A stretch of 64,000 bases of DNA from an archaeon (GTDB taxonomy: Archaea > Nanobdellota > Nanobdellia > Woesearchaeales > GW2011-AR9), in NCBI GenBank assembly GCA_018697095.1, contig JABHSG010000003.1:86895-150894 (forward strand), in the 5' to 3' direction. The position numbers and the translations under genes are program-made. Position 1 is the first letter of the stretch. Each line of letters begins with the position of its first letter. Below the pieces are notes generated by a model, which had not been told where the DNA came from, ran no database searches, and worked only from the letters and a program-made list of their open reading frames with translations. Positions 47,960 to 56,321 of this stretch are shown here, in pieces.

Positions 47960-49177
47960 CTAAAAAATCGCGCTCCATACGCCGTGTACTATTCCAAATG
48001 CAAATAAAGTCATAATCAAATAACCAACCCCTTTCATAAGTGGCAAACTATACTCTGGTTTACGGTCCCCAAGTACTTTTGCTTTCCAGTATGCAAGTAC
48101 AATTAGTATTCCATCAATCCCTCCAGCAACCGCACCAGTTATCGCTAAAGCTGAAATAAAAGAAGTCAAATCAAACAAAACAATCAGTAGTGGTACAAAC
48201 ATTACAAGTAAAAATGAAATTTTTCTAGGGATTTTATAATCGTAAGTGTAAGCTTCAAGTAGTGCTTCTCCAAGTGTAATAAAAGAAGTAAACATTGCAA
48301 GTATTGCAAGTAAGTTAGCAAGCCCACCAAGTATTGGGTGGCTATAATAGCTAAGTGCAATTGTCGCAATTTTTTCGTTAGCTGACAACATCTCAAAATT
48401 AGAAAACCCTACAATCCCAATAACGGCTGCGCAAAATAAAACATACAAAATCATTGGAGCTAGTGTCCCTAAAACAATTGCATGTTTGAACACTTTTTTG
48501 TCCTTTCCAACAATTTCATGTACTTCTGGGATCGCAGCTGACCCAATGAATGCAAATATAATTACACCTAGTGGCGCCAAAGCAGACCCAAAATTAATAT
48601 TACTAAGATAACTAGGGTTCATTTTTGGAATTGAAACAGCAGATATAATCAAAATCACAAGAACCATGATTGCTACTACAAAAGTTTCAGCTTTTCCAAC
48701 TTCATCCATACCAAGCCAAACAAGTATCCCACAGAAAATAAAAAATCCAATCATGTATACAAAAGTAGAATGCAGCCCTGTTCCAACAAAAATATTACTT
48801 AAAAATGGAATTTGTTCAACAAGCGTTTTAATTGATTGTCCTTCCCCGATTAAATAAGCAACCAGTGCCCCATAAATTCCTACAGTCATGGAAAAAAGCA
48901 TCCCTAGTTTCCCCCATTTACCAAGATACTTTTCCATATATCCTGTCAGTTGGTGAAATCCACGAGTACGCAAAACGATTTCTCCCATGAATAAATTAAG
49001 TGCTAAAAAAACAAGACCAATTAGAATAATTATGGCTGATCCAATTAAAAATCCAGATTGTGAAACTACATATGGGATTCCAAGTATCCCTGCCCCAACC
49101 ACTGTACCGCTAAGAGTAGCTGCGCCAACAAGCATTTTACGAGTTGGATGTTTTGTGTGAATATTAGGATGTGCCAT
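47960..49177 (-). CDS. Amino-acid transporter (amino acid/auxin permease or TyrP-like, APC superfamily).
   Basis: 11 TM helices; an N-terminal GAGILGIPY-type motif characteristic of this transporter family. Confidence 0.55.
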   Translation of the reverse strand: MAHPNIHTKHPTRKMLVGAATLSGTVVGAGILGIPYVVSQSGFLIGSAIIILIGLVFLALNLFMGEIVLRTRGFHQLTGYMEKYLGKWGKLGMLFSMTVGIYGALVAYLIGEGQSIKTLVEQIPFLSNIFVGTGLHSTFVYMIGFFIFCGILVWLGMDEVGKAETFVVAIMVLVILIISAVSIPKMNPSYLSNINFGSALAPLGVIIFAFIGSAAIPEVHEIVGKDKKVFKHAIVLGTLAPMILYVLFCAAVIGIVGFSNFEMLSANEKIATIALSYYSHPILGGLANLLAILAMFTSFITLGEALLEAYTYDYKIPRKISFLLVMFVPLLIVLFDLTSFISALAITGAVAGGIDGILIVLAYWKAKVLGDRKPEYSLPLMKGVGYLIMTLFAFGIVHGVWSAIF

Positions 49178-49299
49178 CGATCAATAAACAAAAGAATCAA
49201 TCATGCAAACTTAAATGCTTCGATATACTACGTAGTTGTAAATACATAGTAAATGAATAATTCATAAATTAAAAATAAGTAAACTTCATTAAAATAAAA

Positions 49300-49986
49300 C
49301 TAGAATATTTTTTTAAACTCTTCATATGAATCAAATAAATGCTCAGTATCAAGTTTTTCAAGTCGCGCGCGTGATTGCCAACCACCATTCATAATAACAC
49401 TTACAAATCCAGCATTTTTTGCTACATGAAGGTCTTGATCCATATCTCCAACATAAACAACTTCGCTACAGTTCACAACTCCTAATTTACTAATGAGTAC
49501 ATCACTTTTTTTAGCAGCTCGAATTCCATCCTCATACAAATGATTTTCTCCAACAATTGCTTCAAAAAAATGATCCACTCCTAATAATTTCAAATCTTTT
49601 GTCAAATCAACTGTATTTCTGCTGCTAAGAACACCTAAAACAAATCCTCTCTCTTTCAAAAATTTCAAAACTTCCAAGATCCCTGAGCGTAATTTTAATC
49701 TTTGAAGAATTAGTCCTGCACTAATTTTTTGATAGCAGTCTTGGTGAATTGCAAAATCAATTTTTCCAGTATCAACTCCATTTTTTGCATAAAATTCAGT
49801 CCATGGCGTTCCAAAAGTATCTAGAAATCTTTCATAGGAGATCACTGGTAGCCCATAAACTTCTTGTAGAACATGATTACAACTCTCCCATCCAATTTTA
49901 GAATCATCGCAAAGTGTCCCATTAAAATCAAACACTATGTATTTGATCTCTTTCAAAGAATTAGTCACAGATTCATTCATAAACAT
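49300..49986 (-). CDS. HAD-superfamily hydrolase (phosphatase-like).
   Basis: Motif I VFDFNGTL; a C-terminal VGDMDQD-type motif. Confidence 0.55.
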   Translation of the reverse strand: MFMNESVTNSLKEIKYIVFDFNGTLCDDSKIGWESCNHVLQEVYGLPVISYERFLDTFGTPWTEFYAKNGVDTGKIDFAIHQDCYQKISAGLILQRLKLRSGILEVLKFLKERGFVLGVLSSRNTVDLTKDLKLLGVDHFFEAIVGENHLYEDGIRAAKKSDVLISKLGVVNCSEVVYVGDMDQDLHVAKNAGFVSVIMNGGWQSRARLEKLDTEHLFDSYEEFKKIF

Positions 49987-50090
49987 AAAATTCTAGCTTT
50001 AGATATAAAGATTTAGTATGGGAAGGTAAAGCCACTACCCACTGGACAAGTTTTGGTATTAATTAAAAACCAATCACACTAATATCATTT

Positions 50091-50741
50091 ATGTTACTCG
50101 AAAGACCAAATGTTGGAACAAACCTTAAACTAAGGAAGGTGAATCTCCCTAAAGAAATGTCAGTTGAATTAGCTGAATTAGTTGGAATTCAGTTTGGAGA
50201 TGGAAATTTGTACAAAAACAAAAAATATAATTATATTCTCACATATTGTTTTAATTCAAAAGAGAAGTGGCTTCACAATCATACAACTAATATCTTTTTA
50301 AAACAATTCGGACACAAGTTAAAAAAAAGAGCAATAAAAGATTCAGCAATTTCCTTAAGTATACATTCAAAAATAATCTGTTACTTTTTTCATGAGAATT
50401 TCCAGCTGCCATTCGGGAAAAAGGAAAATCTTTCAATACCAAAAAAATTCAAAAAAGATAAAAAATTGCTATTTGGGTTTTTAAGAGGTCTTTATTGGAC
50501 TGATGGTTGTAAATTTATTAAGAAAGACCGTCATTACAGGTATCCGATCATAAAAATCACTAACAAATCAAAAAAGTTTATTGAGCAAATTCAGGAAATT
50601 CTTCTAAAATTTGGATTTAGAGCAAGAATTAATGCCAAAAACAACTCTGGGTTTGGGTTTGATGTTGTTTTGCACGGAACTAATCAAGTAAAAATGTGGG
50701 AAGAAAAAATCATGAAAAGAAGTGGGGATACTGGGATTTGA
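50091..50741 (+). CDS. Free-standing double-motif LAGLIDADG homing-endonuclease-like protein.
   Basis: Two LAGLIDADG-type motifs about 100 aa apart: LAELVGIQFGDGNL and LFGFLRGLYWTDGCKF. Confidence 0.6.
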   Translation: MLLERPNVGTNLKLRKVNLPKEMSVELAELVGIQFGDGNLYKNKKYNYILTYCFNSKEKWLHNHTTNIFLKQFGHKLKKRAIKDSAISLSIHSKIICYFFHENFQLPFGKKENLSIPKKFKKDKKLLFGFLRGLYWTDGCKFIKKDRHYRYPIIKITNKSKKFIEQIQEILLKFGFRARINAKNNSGFGFDVVLHGTNQVKMWEEKIMKRSGDTGI

Positions 50742-50928
50742 ATTTCTGAGTAAAAAGCACGTACTTTTTACTTCCCAGATCCTCAGGTATCTTCAGCAAA
50801 ACAAGTCATTGCCAAGAGGCTCTTCGCTCCAACAACTGGAGCCCGATGTTCTACCAAGTTATACTATATCCCCACAAGCACATTATCTCAACAAGGCTTA
50901 TAAAAAACTTCTGCTCCAAATAACGTAT

Positions 50929-51501
50929 ATGGACTCCACAATCCTCCAAAAAATCAAAGAGCTCGAGTTAGAGCGAACTTCCTGGAATGTTACTGAGGAA
51001 AATATGAATATTATGCTTAATTATTGCCGGCAAAATGATTTGCACAGACTTCTTGAAATAGGATCATTCAATGGATATTCAGCCCTTAATTTCGCACTCA
51101 TCTGCGAAGAAGTAATCAGTTTAGAAATTGAAGAAAAAAGATTCATGGAAGCCACAAATAACTGCCAAATCGCAAAAAACATCAAAATAATCCTTGCTGA
51201 TGCTAATGAGTATATGAAACAGCTAATTACAAAAAAAGAACTTTTTGATGCAATTCTAATCGACGGAAATAATTCCCAGTACTCAAATTATCTCACTTTA
51301 GCAATTCCACTCATAAAAGATACAGGAATGATTTTCATTGATAATACTGTTTCACATAAAGACAGATTAGAAAAGAAAGGATTTTTTGAAACACTCCAAA
51401 AGAGTAATCTTTCATTCAAAGAATTAAATACAACAAAAGGACTTATTGTAGCTTTCAAAACCAGAAAGTTTTATGCAGCGCAAAACAGTAGTAAAAATTA
51501 A
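50929..51501 (+). CDS. Class I SAM-dependent O-methyltransferase (family-3, YrrM/caffeoyl-CoA OMT-like).
   Basis: LEIGSFNGYSALNFA (motif I-like) and ILIDGNNSQY (DxD-type). The 70 codons the track adds upstream are probably not coding. Confidence 0.5.
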   Translation: MDSTILQKIKELELERTSWNVTEENMNIMLNYCRQNDLHRLLEIGSFNGYSALNFALICEEVISLEIEEKRFMEATNNCQIAKNIKIILADANEYMKQLITKKELFDAILIDGNNSQYSNYLTLAIPLIKDTGMIFIDNTVSHKDRLEKKGFFETLQKSNLSFKELNTTKGLIVAFKTRKFYAAQNSSKN

Positions 51502-51520
51502 TCATAATTACACAAAAAAT

Positions 51521-52096
51521 ATGGCAACAATAATTTTAATCCATGGGTCATTTGGAAATCCAGAAGAAAATTGGTTTCCCTGGCTAAAAACAGAACTTGA
51601 ATCATCTGGGCACAAAGTAATAGCGCCAACTTTTCCAACACCTAATAATCAATCATTAGATTCTTGGCGCCAAGCTTGGAAAAACCAAAAGATCATATTA
51701 GATCAAGACACAATTTTTGTAGGACATAGTCTCGGGCCAGTTTTCATTTTTGATCTACTTCAAAACCAACAAATTTCAAATCCAATCAAAGCTTCATTTT
51801 TAGTGGCCCCATTCCTTTCAAAATTAAAAAACCCAGATTTTGATCCTGTCAACAAAACTTTCATTGAAAATCCAATCAACTGGCAAACAGTAAAACAAAA
51901 TTGTGAAGTATTCAAAGCTTATGTGTCAGATAACGACCCATATGTCCCGATGGAAATTTCTAAGGAAGTAACAACTAACTTAAACATAAATCCTATTATC
52001 GTCAATGGCGCAGGTCACTTTAACGAATCTGCAGGGTACGCAAAGTTTCCATTACTTCTAAAAGAGATCCTATCTGTTTTGGAGGGTTCACAATGA
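51521..52096 (+). CDS. Alpha/beta-hydrolase-fold serine hydrolase (YdeN/RBBP9-like).
   Basis: Starts MATIILIHGSFGN...; nucleophile elbow GHSLG; about 190 aa. Confidence 0.55.
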   Translation: MATIILIHGSFGNPEENWFPWLKTELESSGHKVIAPTFPTPNNQSLDSWRQAWKNQKIILDQDTIFVGHSLGPVFIFDLLQNQQISNPIKASFLVAPFLSKLKNPDFDPVNKTFIENPINWQTVKQNCEVFKAYVSDNDPYVPMEISKEVTTNLNINPIIVNGAGHFNESAGYAKFPLLLKEILSVLEGSQ

Positions 52097-53199
52097 GTAT
52101 GATAGCACTCGACGGTTCTTTTGGTGAAGGTGGTGGCGCACTTCTTCGAACGGCCTTAGCATTCTCAATCTTCACTCAAAAACCATTTCGTATTGACAAT
52201 ATCAGAGCTAACAGAAAAGTCCCAGGCCTTAAAGCGCAACATCTTGAAGCAATCAAAGCCTTAAAACAAATTTGCCCAGGCGCAAAATCAAGCGAAGTAA
52301 AACTTGGTGAAACAAGTATGTGGTTTCAACCAGCAAAAATCAAGTCAGGTAATTTCGAATTCGATATAAAAACTGCTGGCAGCATCACGCTATTTTTCCA
52401 AGCAATTCTGCTTCCATCATTATTTGCACCTAGTAAAGTTACAATTACAGTTAAAGGAGGAACTTGCGGTAAATGGCAAGCCGGGGTTGACTCACTTCAA
52501 AGAGTACTTCTTCCATTAATTCAGCGTTTCACAAAAGACATCAAACTAACAATCAAAAAGCGTGGATATTATCCAAAAGGTGGCGGAGAAGTAATGCTTG
52601 AAATATCACCACTATTCAAATCAAAGGCGCATTCGTCATATCAGGAACTTATCAAAGAAATTGAATCAAAAACAAGATATTACAATTTCATAAATCAAGG
52701 TAAACTAGAACACATTAAGGGCTTTGTTAATATTTCAGCAGACCTTCAAGAAAGGCAAGTAGGTGAAAGGTTAATCAAAGCAGCAAGGCAAACTCTTCTA
52801 AGGGCAAAAGTCCCAATAAGTATTGATTTAGGCTACTTCCCAGCATTAAGTACTGGTGGAGAAATTTTAATTCACTCTGTCCATAGTCAAAATGGATTCA
52901 CTGACCCATTTAATTCACCACGGCTTTTAGCAGATTCACTTTTGGAAAAAAACAAACGCGCGGAGATTATTGGTGAAGAAACTTCCAATCAGCTTCTAAG
53001 TCTAATTGAGTCCAAAGCTGCTATTGATCCTCTTCTTTGTGATCAACTAATCCCTTTTGCGGCTTTATTAACAAATTCTAAAATAAATACGAGTGATGTC
53101 ACTAATCATACAACAACAAACCTTCATGTGATTGCGCAATTTCTAAATATAAAAACTAATATTGCCAATAACACAATTCATATTCTTGCCAACAAATAA
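52093..53199 (+). CDS. rtcA: RNA 3'-terminal phosphate cyclase.
   Basis: MIALDGSFGEGGGALLRTALAFS matches the RtcA N-terminal signature ([22 protein letters not shown]); the length fits. Confidence 0.85.
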   Translation: MSMIALDGSFGEGGGALLRTALAFSIFTQKPFRIDNIRANRKVPGLKAQHLEAIKALKQICPGAKSSEVKLGETSMWFQPAKIKSGNFEFDIKTAGSITLFFQAILLPSLFAPSKVTITVKGGTCGKWQAGVDSLQRVLLPLIQRFTKDIKLTIKKRGYYPKGGGEVMLEISPLFKSKAHSSYQELIKEIESKTRYYNFINQGKLEHIKGFVNISADLQERQVGERLIKAARQTLLRAKVPISIDLGYFPALSTGGEILIHSVHSQNGFTDPFNSPRLLADSLLEKNKRAEIIGEETSNQLLSLIESKAAIDPLLCDQLIPFAALLTNSKINTSDVTNHTTTNLHVIAQFLNIKTNIANNTIHILANK

Positions 53200-53247
53200 T
53201 TACTTTTTTCACAATTTACTTAAACCTTTAACAACTAATTATTCCTG

Positions 53248-53796
53248 ATGGTTAAAAAAGAAAAGTTCTGGAAAACAGTTAAAGAAAAAATTATCCATAA
53301 AAGTTACGGTGGAAAATTCTTCCATAATAAAGTTCTTAACCCTCAAAAACAAAAATCAACCTATTCTTATTATTATATCAACCGGGGTGCTTCAGTAATC
53401 CCAGTTGACAAAAAAGGCAACATATATTTTCTAAAGGAATACCGCTATCCAACAAGGTCTTGGGAATGCGAACCAATTGGCGGAGGCATTTCAAAAGGTG
53501 AAACCCCAATAATGGCAGCTAGAAAAGAACTTCTTGAAGAAGCAGGAATTATTGCAAAAAAACTAACTCTTCTTGGAAAAACAAAAGTAATGCCTGGAAA
53601 TTTGGACACTTTAACAACTGGATTTTTAGCAACAAATCTCCAATTCGCTACTCCAAATAGGGAGGTAGGGGAAGTTCAAAAATTAATTAAAATGCCAATT
53701 AAAAAAGCAATCGAGCAAGCACTCACTGGCAAAATAAAAAATGCAGAACTTGTAACTTATATCTTAAGGGCTGCTAAAAAGTTAAAAAAGATCTAA
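53248..53796 (+). CDS. NUDIX hydrolase (ADP-ribose pyrophosphatase-like).
   Basis: Nudix box GGGISKGETPIMAARKELLEEAGI. Confidence 0.7.
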   Translation: MVKKEKFWKTVKEKIIHKSYGGKFFHNKVLNPQKQKSTYSYYYINRGASVIPVDKKGNIYFLKEYRYPTRSWECEPIGGGISKGETPIMAARKELLEEAGIIAKKLTLLGKTKVMPGNLDTLTTGFLATNLQFATPNREVGEVQKLIKMPIKKAIEQALTGKIKNAELVTYILRAAKKLKKI

Positions 53797-53809
53797 ACTA
53801 AGAAATAAT

Positions 53810-54601
53810 CTAAAACTCTAATTCACTATCTTGCACGTAAGTTAATCCTTTTTGTAGTGCAATATAAGCCTTATACAATTCTTTTCCAACATAGGCTGCA
53901 TGATCAATTCTACTAATCAAGTTCGCTTTGTGCAATTCATAGTAAACATCTTGTGGTTTCTTCCCTTCAAAAATAGAATCAACAATCCCAAGTTTCTTGC
54001 AATGCGCAAGTTCTAATATTTTGCGTTCAGTGTCAACACGAATAAGAAAATAACCGTTTTTATCCATTGACCAATCTTCAATCTCGTGGTAATCTCCAGT
54101 AACTACTGGTACTGATTCTAAAACATCTTTATTCTTAACTCCAACTGGTTTAAACTCTTTAACAACTTCAGCCCTACTTCTTTTTTCAACCACTTTTGCT
54201 TTAATTTTAGAGCTTTTGAACAAGTCCTCGCCAAACGCTGGCAAACGCACAACTTCTAATTTTAAATCATGTGATTTAGCAAATTCTAATACTCGCTTTT
54301 CATCAATAGGTTGATCATAACCTAAACACACTATCTCGGGTTTAACTGAAAGTAAAACTTCCATCTCGTCCCCTGAATTTCCAATGATCGCTTCATCAAC
54401 AATACTTAAGGCATCTAAAAACTGTTTACGAACATCTTCACTATATGTAGCTTCAAAACCAAAGCGTTCTTTAATTGTAGAATCTTTAGCAACAACTACA
54501 ATCAATCGGTCACCAAGTTTTCTCGCAGCTTCAAACAAAGCCAAGTGTCCAGGATGAAGTACATCAAATTTTCCAGCAACAAGTACAGTTTTCATCTTCA
54601 T
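53810..54601 (-). CDS. Cytidylyltransferase-fold nucleotidyltransferase (archaeal FAD synthase RibL-like) fused to an uncharacterised C-terminal domain of about 120 aa.
   Basis: VLVAGKFDVLHPGHLALFEAARKLGDRLIVVVAKD...VDEAIIG...KPEIVCLGYDQ aligns block-by-block with MJ1179-type RibL. The extra C-terminal domain (…LAHCKKLGIVDSIFEGKKPQDVYYELHKANLISRIDHAAYVGKELYKA…) was not recognised. Confidence 0.55.
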   Translation of the reverse strand: MKMKTVLVAGKFDVLHPGHLALFEAARKLGDRLIVVVAKDSTIKERFGFEATYSEDVRKQFLDALSIVDEAIIGNSGDEMEVLLSVKPEIVCLGYDQPIDEKRVLEFAKSHDLKLEVVRLPAFGEDLFKSSKIKAKVVEKRSRAEVVKEFKPVGVKNKDVLESVPVVTGDYHEIEDWSMDKNGYFLIRVDTERKILELAHCKKLGIVDSIFEGKKPQDVYYELHKANLISRIDHAAYVGKELYKAYIALQKGLTYVQDSELEF

Positions 54602-54649
54602 AGTCTCACAATTATTTTATTTTCTTTTTAAAATTGATGTAAATTAAAA

Positions 54650-55570
54650 TCAAACACGGTATGTTTGAGGGTTATCAAAAATATCCATATACAAGTCATG
54701 CATAAATTCTCCATTGACTTCTTTTATGTGGCCTTCGCCAGGCACAATTAATGTTCTTTCATGAAGACCAGCCCCTGGAAGAATTAATCTATCGCCTGTG
54801 CAAATCACAACTAATGTTTGATCCGCAATATTTTCTTGAACGGTACCATACATTTCGTTATTTCTAAATGCTCCTGCTTCAGTTTTCAAATCATCAAAAT
54901 CATGAATCTGTTTAGTAGCTCGCAACATTTTTTGCCAAATATTTCCTTTTGTTAAATAAGCCCCATTATTTGGAGCAACTGCTAAAACTTGAGTGTCCCA
55001 CTTAGAGATCAAATTAGCATAACTTTCATTTTTTGTAGATAAGTGAAGTAAAATATCAGCGCCTGTACTATGTCCTAAAATTCCAGCAACCTTAGCTTCA
55101 GCTCCATTAATTTTCTTAAGTTCAGACATAAGTCCATCCCCACTTTGTGTTAAAGTTTCATTTTCAAAATCGTATCCATGTACGTATACTGTTTTTCCAG
55201 CAGCTCGAAGTTTTCCTGCAAGGCCACGAAAGTTTCCTTCAGTTTGTCCAGCACCAGCAATTAAAACATAAACTTCTTGGCCTTCTTGTAAATCCCCTAG
55301 AAGATTTATTCGTTGTTTAACTTCTGATTTTTGGTGTATGGCTGTATCAATGACATTACCAATTAAAGCCATTCCAGTTTCCAACGCATCTCCCCAAGAA
55401 GAATAAGGTGCAATATCTAAACTTGAAGATAACTCATCCCAACATCTTTCACGTCTAGCAACTCTTGCTTCTAAATCATCAGAATCATCAAATAACTGAC
55501 CTTTAGCTAAATTAACTAAATGCAGCGGTTTGCCTCCAAAATCAATCTGTGTAGAGCTATAATTTATCAC
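54650..55570 (-). CDS. Alpha/beta-hydrolase-like protein (esterase/lipase-type GxSxG).
   Basis: GHSTG nucleophile elbow and alternating beta/alpha hydrophobic pattern. Confidence 0.4.
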   Translation of the reverse strand: MINYSSTQIDFGGKPLHLVNLAKGQLFDDSDDLEARVARRERCWDELSSSLDIAPYSSWGDALETGMALIGNVIDTAIHQKSEVKQRINLLGDLQEGQEVYVLIAGAGQTEGNFRGLAGKLRAAGKTVYVHGYDFENETLTQSGDGLMSELKKINGAEAKVAGILGHSTGADILLHLSTKNESYANLISKWDTQVLAVAPNNGAYLTKGNIWQKMLRATKQIHDFDDLKTEAGAFRNNEMYGTVQENIADQTLVVICTGDRLILPGAGLHERTLIVPGEGHIKEVNGEFMHDLYMDIFDNPQTYRV

Positions 55571-55574
55571 AAAA

Positions 55575-55588
55575 CTACTAATTAGTAG
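55575..55588. promoter_or_regulatory. Perfect 14-nt palindrome CTACTAATTAGTAG lying between a TATA-like element and the start of the 54650..55570 gene; candidate operator.
   Basis: Read directly from the sequence; it lies 5–18 nt upstream of the minus-strand start codon, and a TTTTTAAA-like box sits about 27 nt upstream. Confidence 0.35.
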
Positions 55589-55706
55589 TTACTTTAAAAA
55601 ACTAACCAATATTTTGTTGAATTTATCAAAATCTACTACTTCCTCACTATAGAATTTCAAGCTAGCCAAGGTAAGATTTATAAACAGGCCTAAGTCCAAA
55701 GGGTCC

Positions 55707-55874
55707 ATGGAAATAACATTATCTCATGCAACAAAACAAGATGTGACTAATGATACTGGTGCAGTTCGTTTTCCTTGCCCAAGCTGTGGCAAAAACGAGA
55801 TTATCCGTTCAACCTTCGAAAGAAAGAACGCAATCAAATATACTTGCGCTTGTGGCTTTGTCGGCCCTAATTAA
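55707..55874 (+). CDS. Small double Zn-ribbon protein (COG2888-like Zn-ribbon RNA-binding protein, the usual partner of aEF-1beta), 55 aa. It is absent from the ORF track because it is shorter than 60 aa.
   Basis: Manual translation gives MEITLSHATKQDVTNDTGAVRFPCPSCGKNEIIRSTFERKNAIKYTCACGFVGPN, with two C(P)xCG knuckles and the family-typical C-terminal CGFxGP. A TATA TTTATAAA lies about 27 nt upstream. Confidence 0.6.
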   Translation: MEITLSHATKQDVTNDTGAVRFPCPSCGKNEIIRSTFERKNAIKYTCACGFVGPN

Positions 55875-55937
55875 TATCATAAATCAATTTTTGTTAAATT
55901 AAATAATAAATATGCCAATACAAGGTGGAGAAATAAA

Positions 55938-56219
55938 ATGGGTTCTAAAGCAGTAATTACATTCAAAATCATGCCAGAGTCACCAGATGTTGACTTTGAC
56001 TCAATTAGTAAACAAGCAGAAGAGATTGCAAAAGCAGCAGGCTCACTTGGAGAAATGCGAACTGAACTTGAACCAATTGCTTTTGGTTTAAAGGCTGTAA
56101 AAATTCTAGCAATGTACGATGTTGATGGAGCAGACTTTGATGCAATCATAGAAAAATTCAAAGCAATCCCTCAAGTACAAAACGCAGAAGTTGCTAAAAT
56201 GGATCTTGCTTTAGGGTAA
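55938..56219 (+). CDS. Translation elongation factor aEF-1 beta.
   Basis: 93 aa; ...KIMPESPDVD...LEPIAFGLKAVKI... matches the aEF-1beta guanine-nucleotide-exchange domain. Confidence 0.8.
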   Translation: MGSKAVITFKIMPESPDVDFDSISKQAEEIAKAAGSLGEMRTELEPIAFGLKAVKILAMYDVDGADFDAIIEKFKAIPQVQNAEVAKMDLALG

Positions 56220-56321
56220 ACCAATTAATAATTTTCTTTTTTTAATCATTTTTCTCTTAAATATCAAAATTACTACTTTTTAGGGACATTGTTTTAAATA
56301 CGCTTCATTTTAAACGATTCT

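Noticed and set aside
50722-50928. The first 70 codons of the track ORF 50722..51501 (methyltransferase).
   Set aside because: The translation is non-protein-like and GC-skewed. The conserved O-methyltransferase domain starts at the Met at 50929. The upstream part is treated as non-coding, and is discussed as a possible mobile-element or ncRNA remnant.
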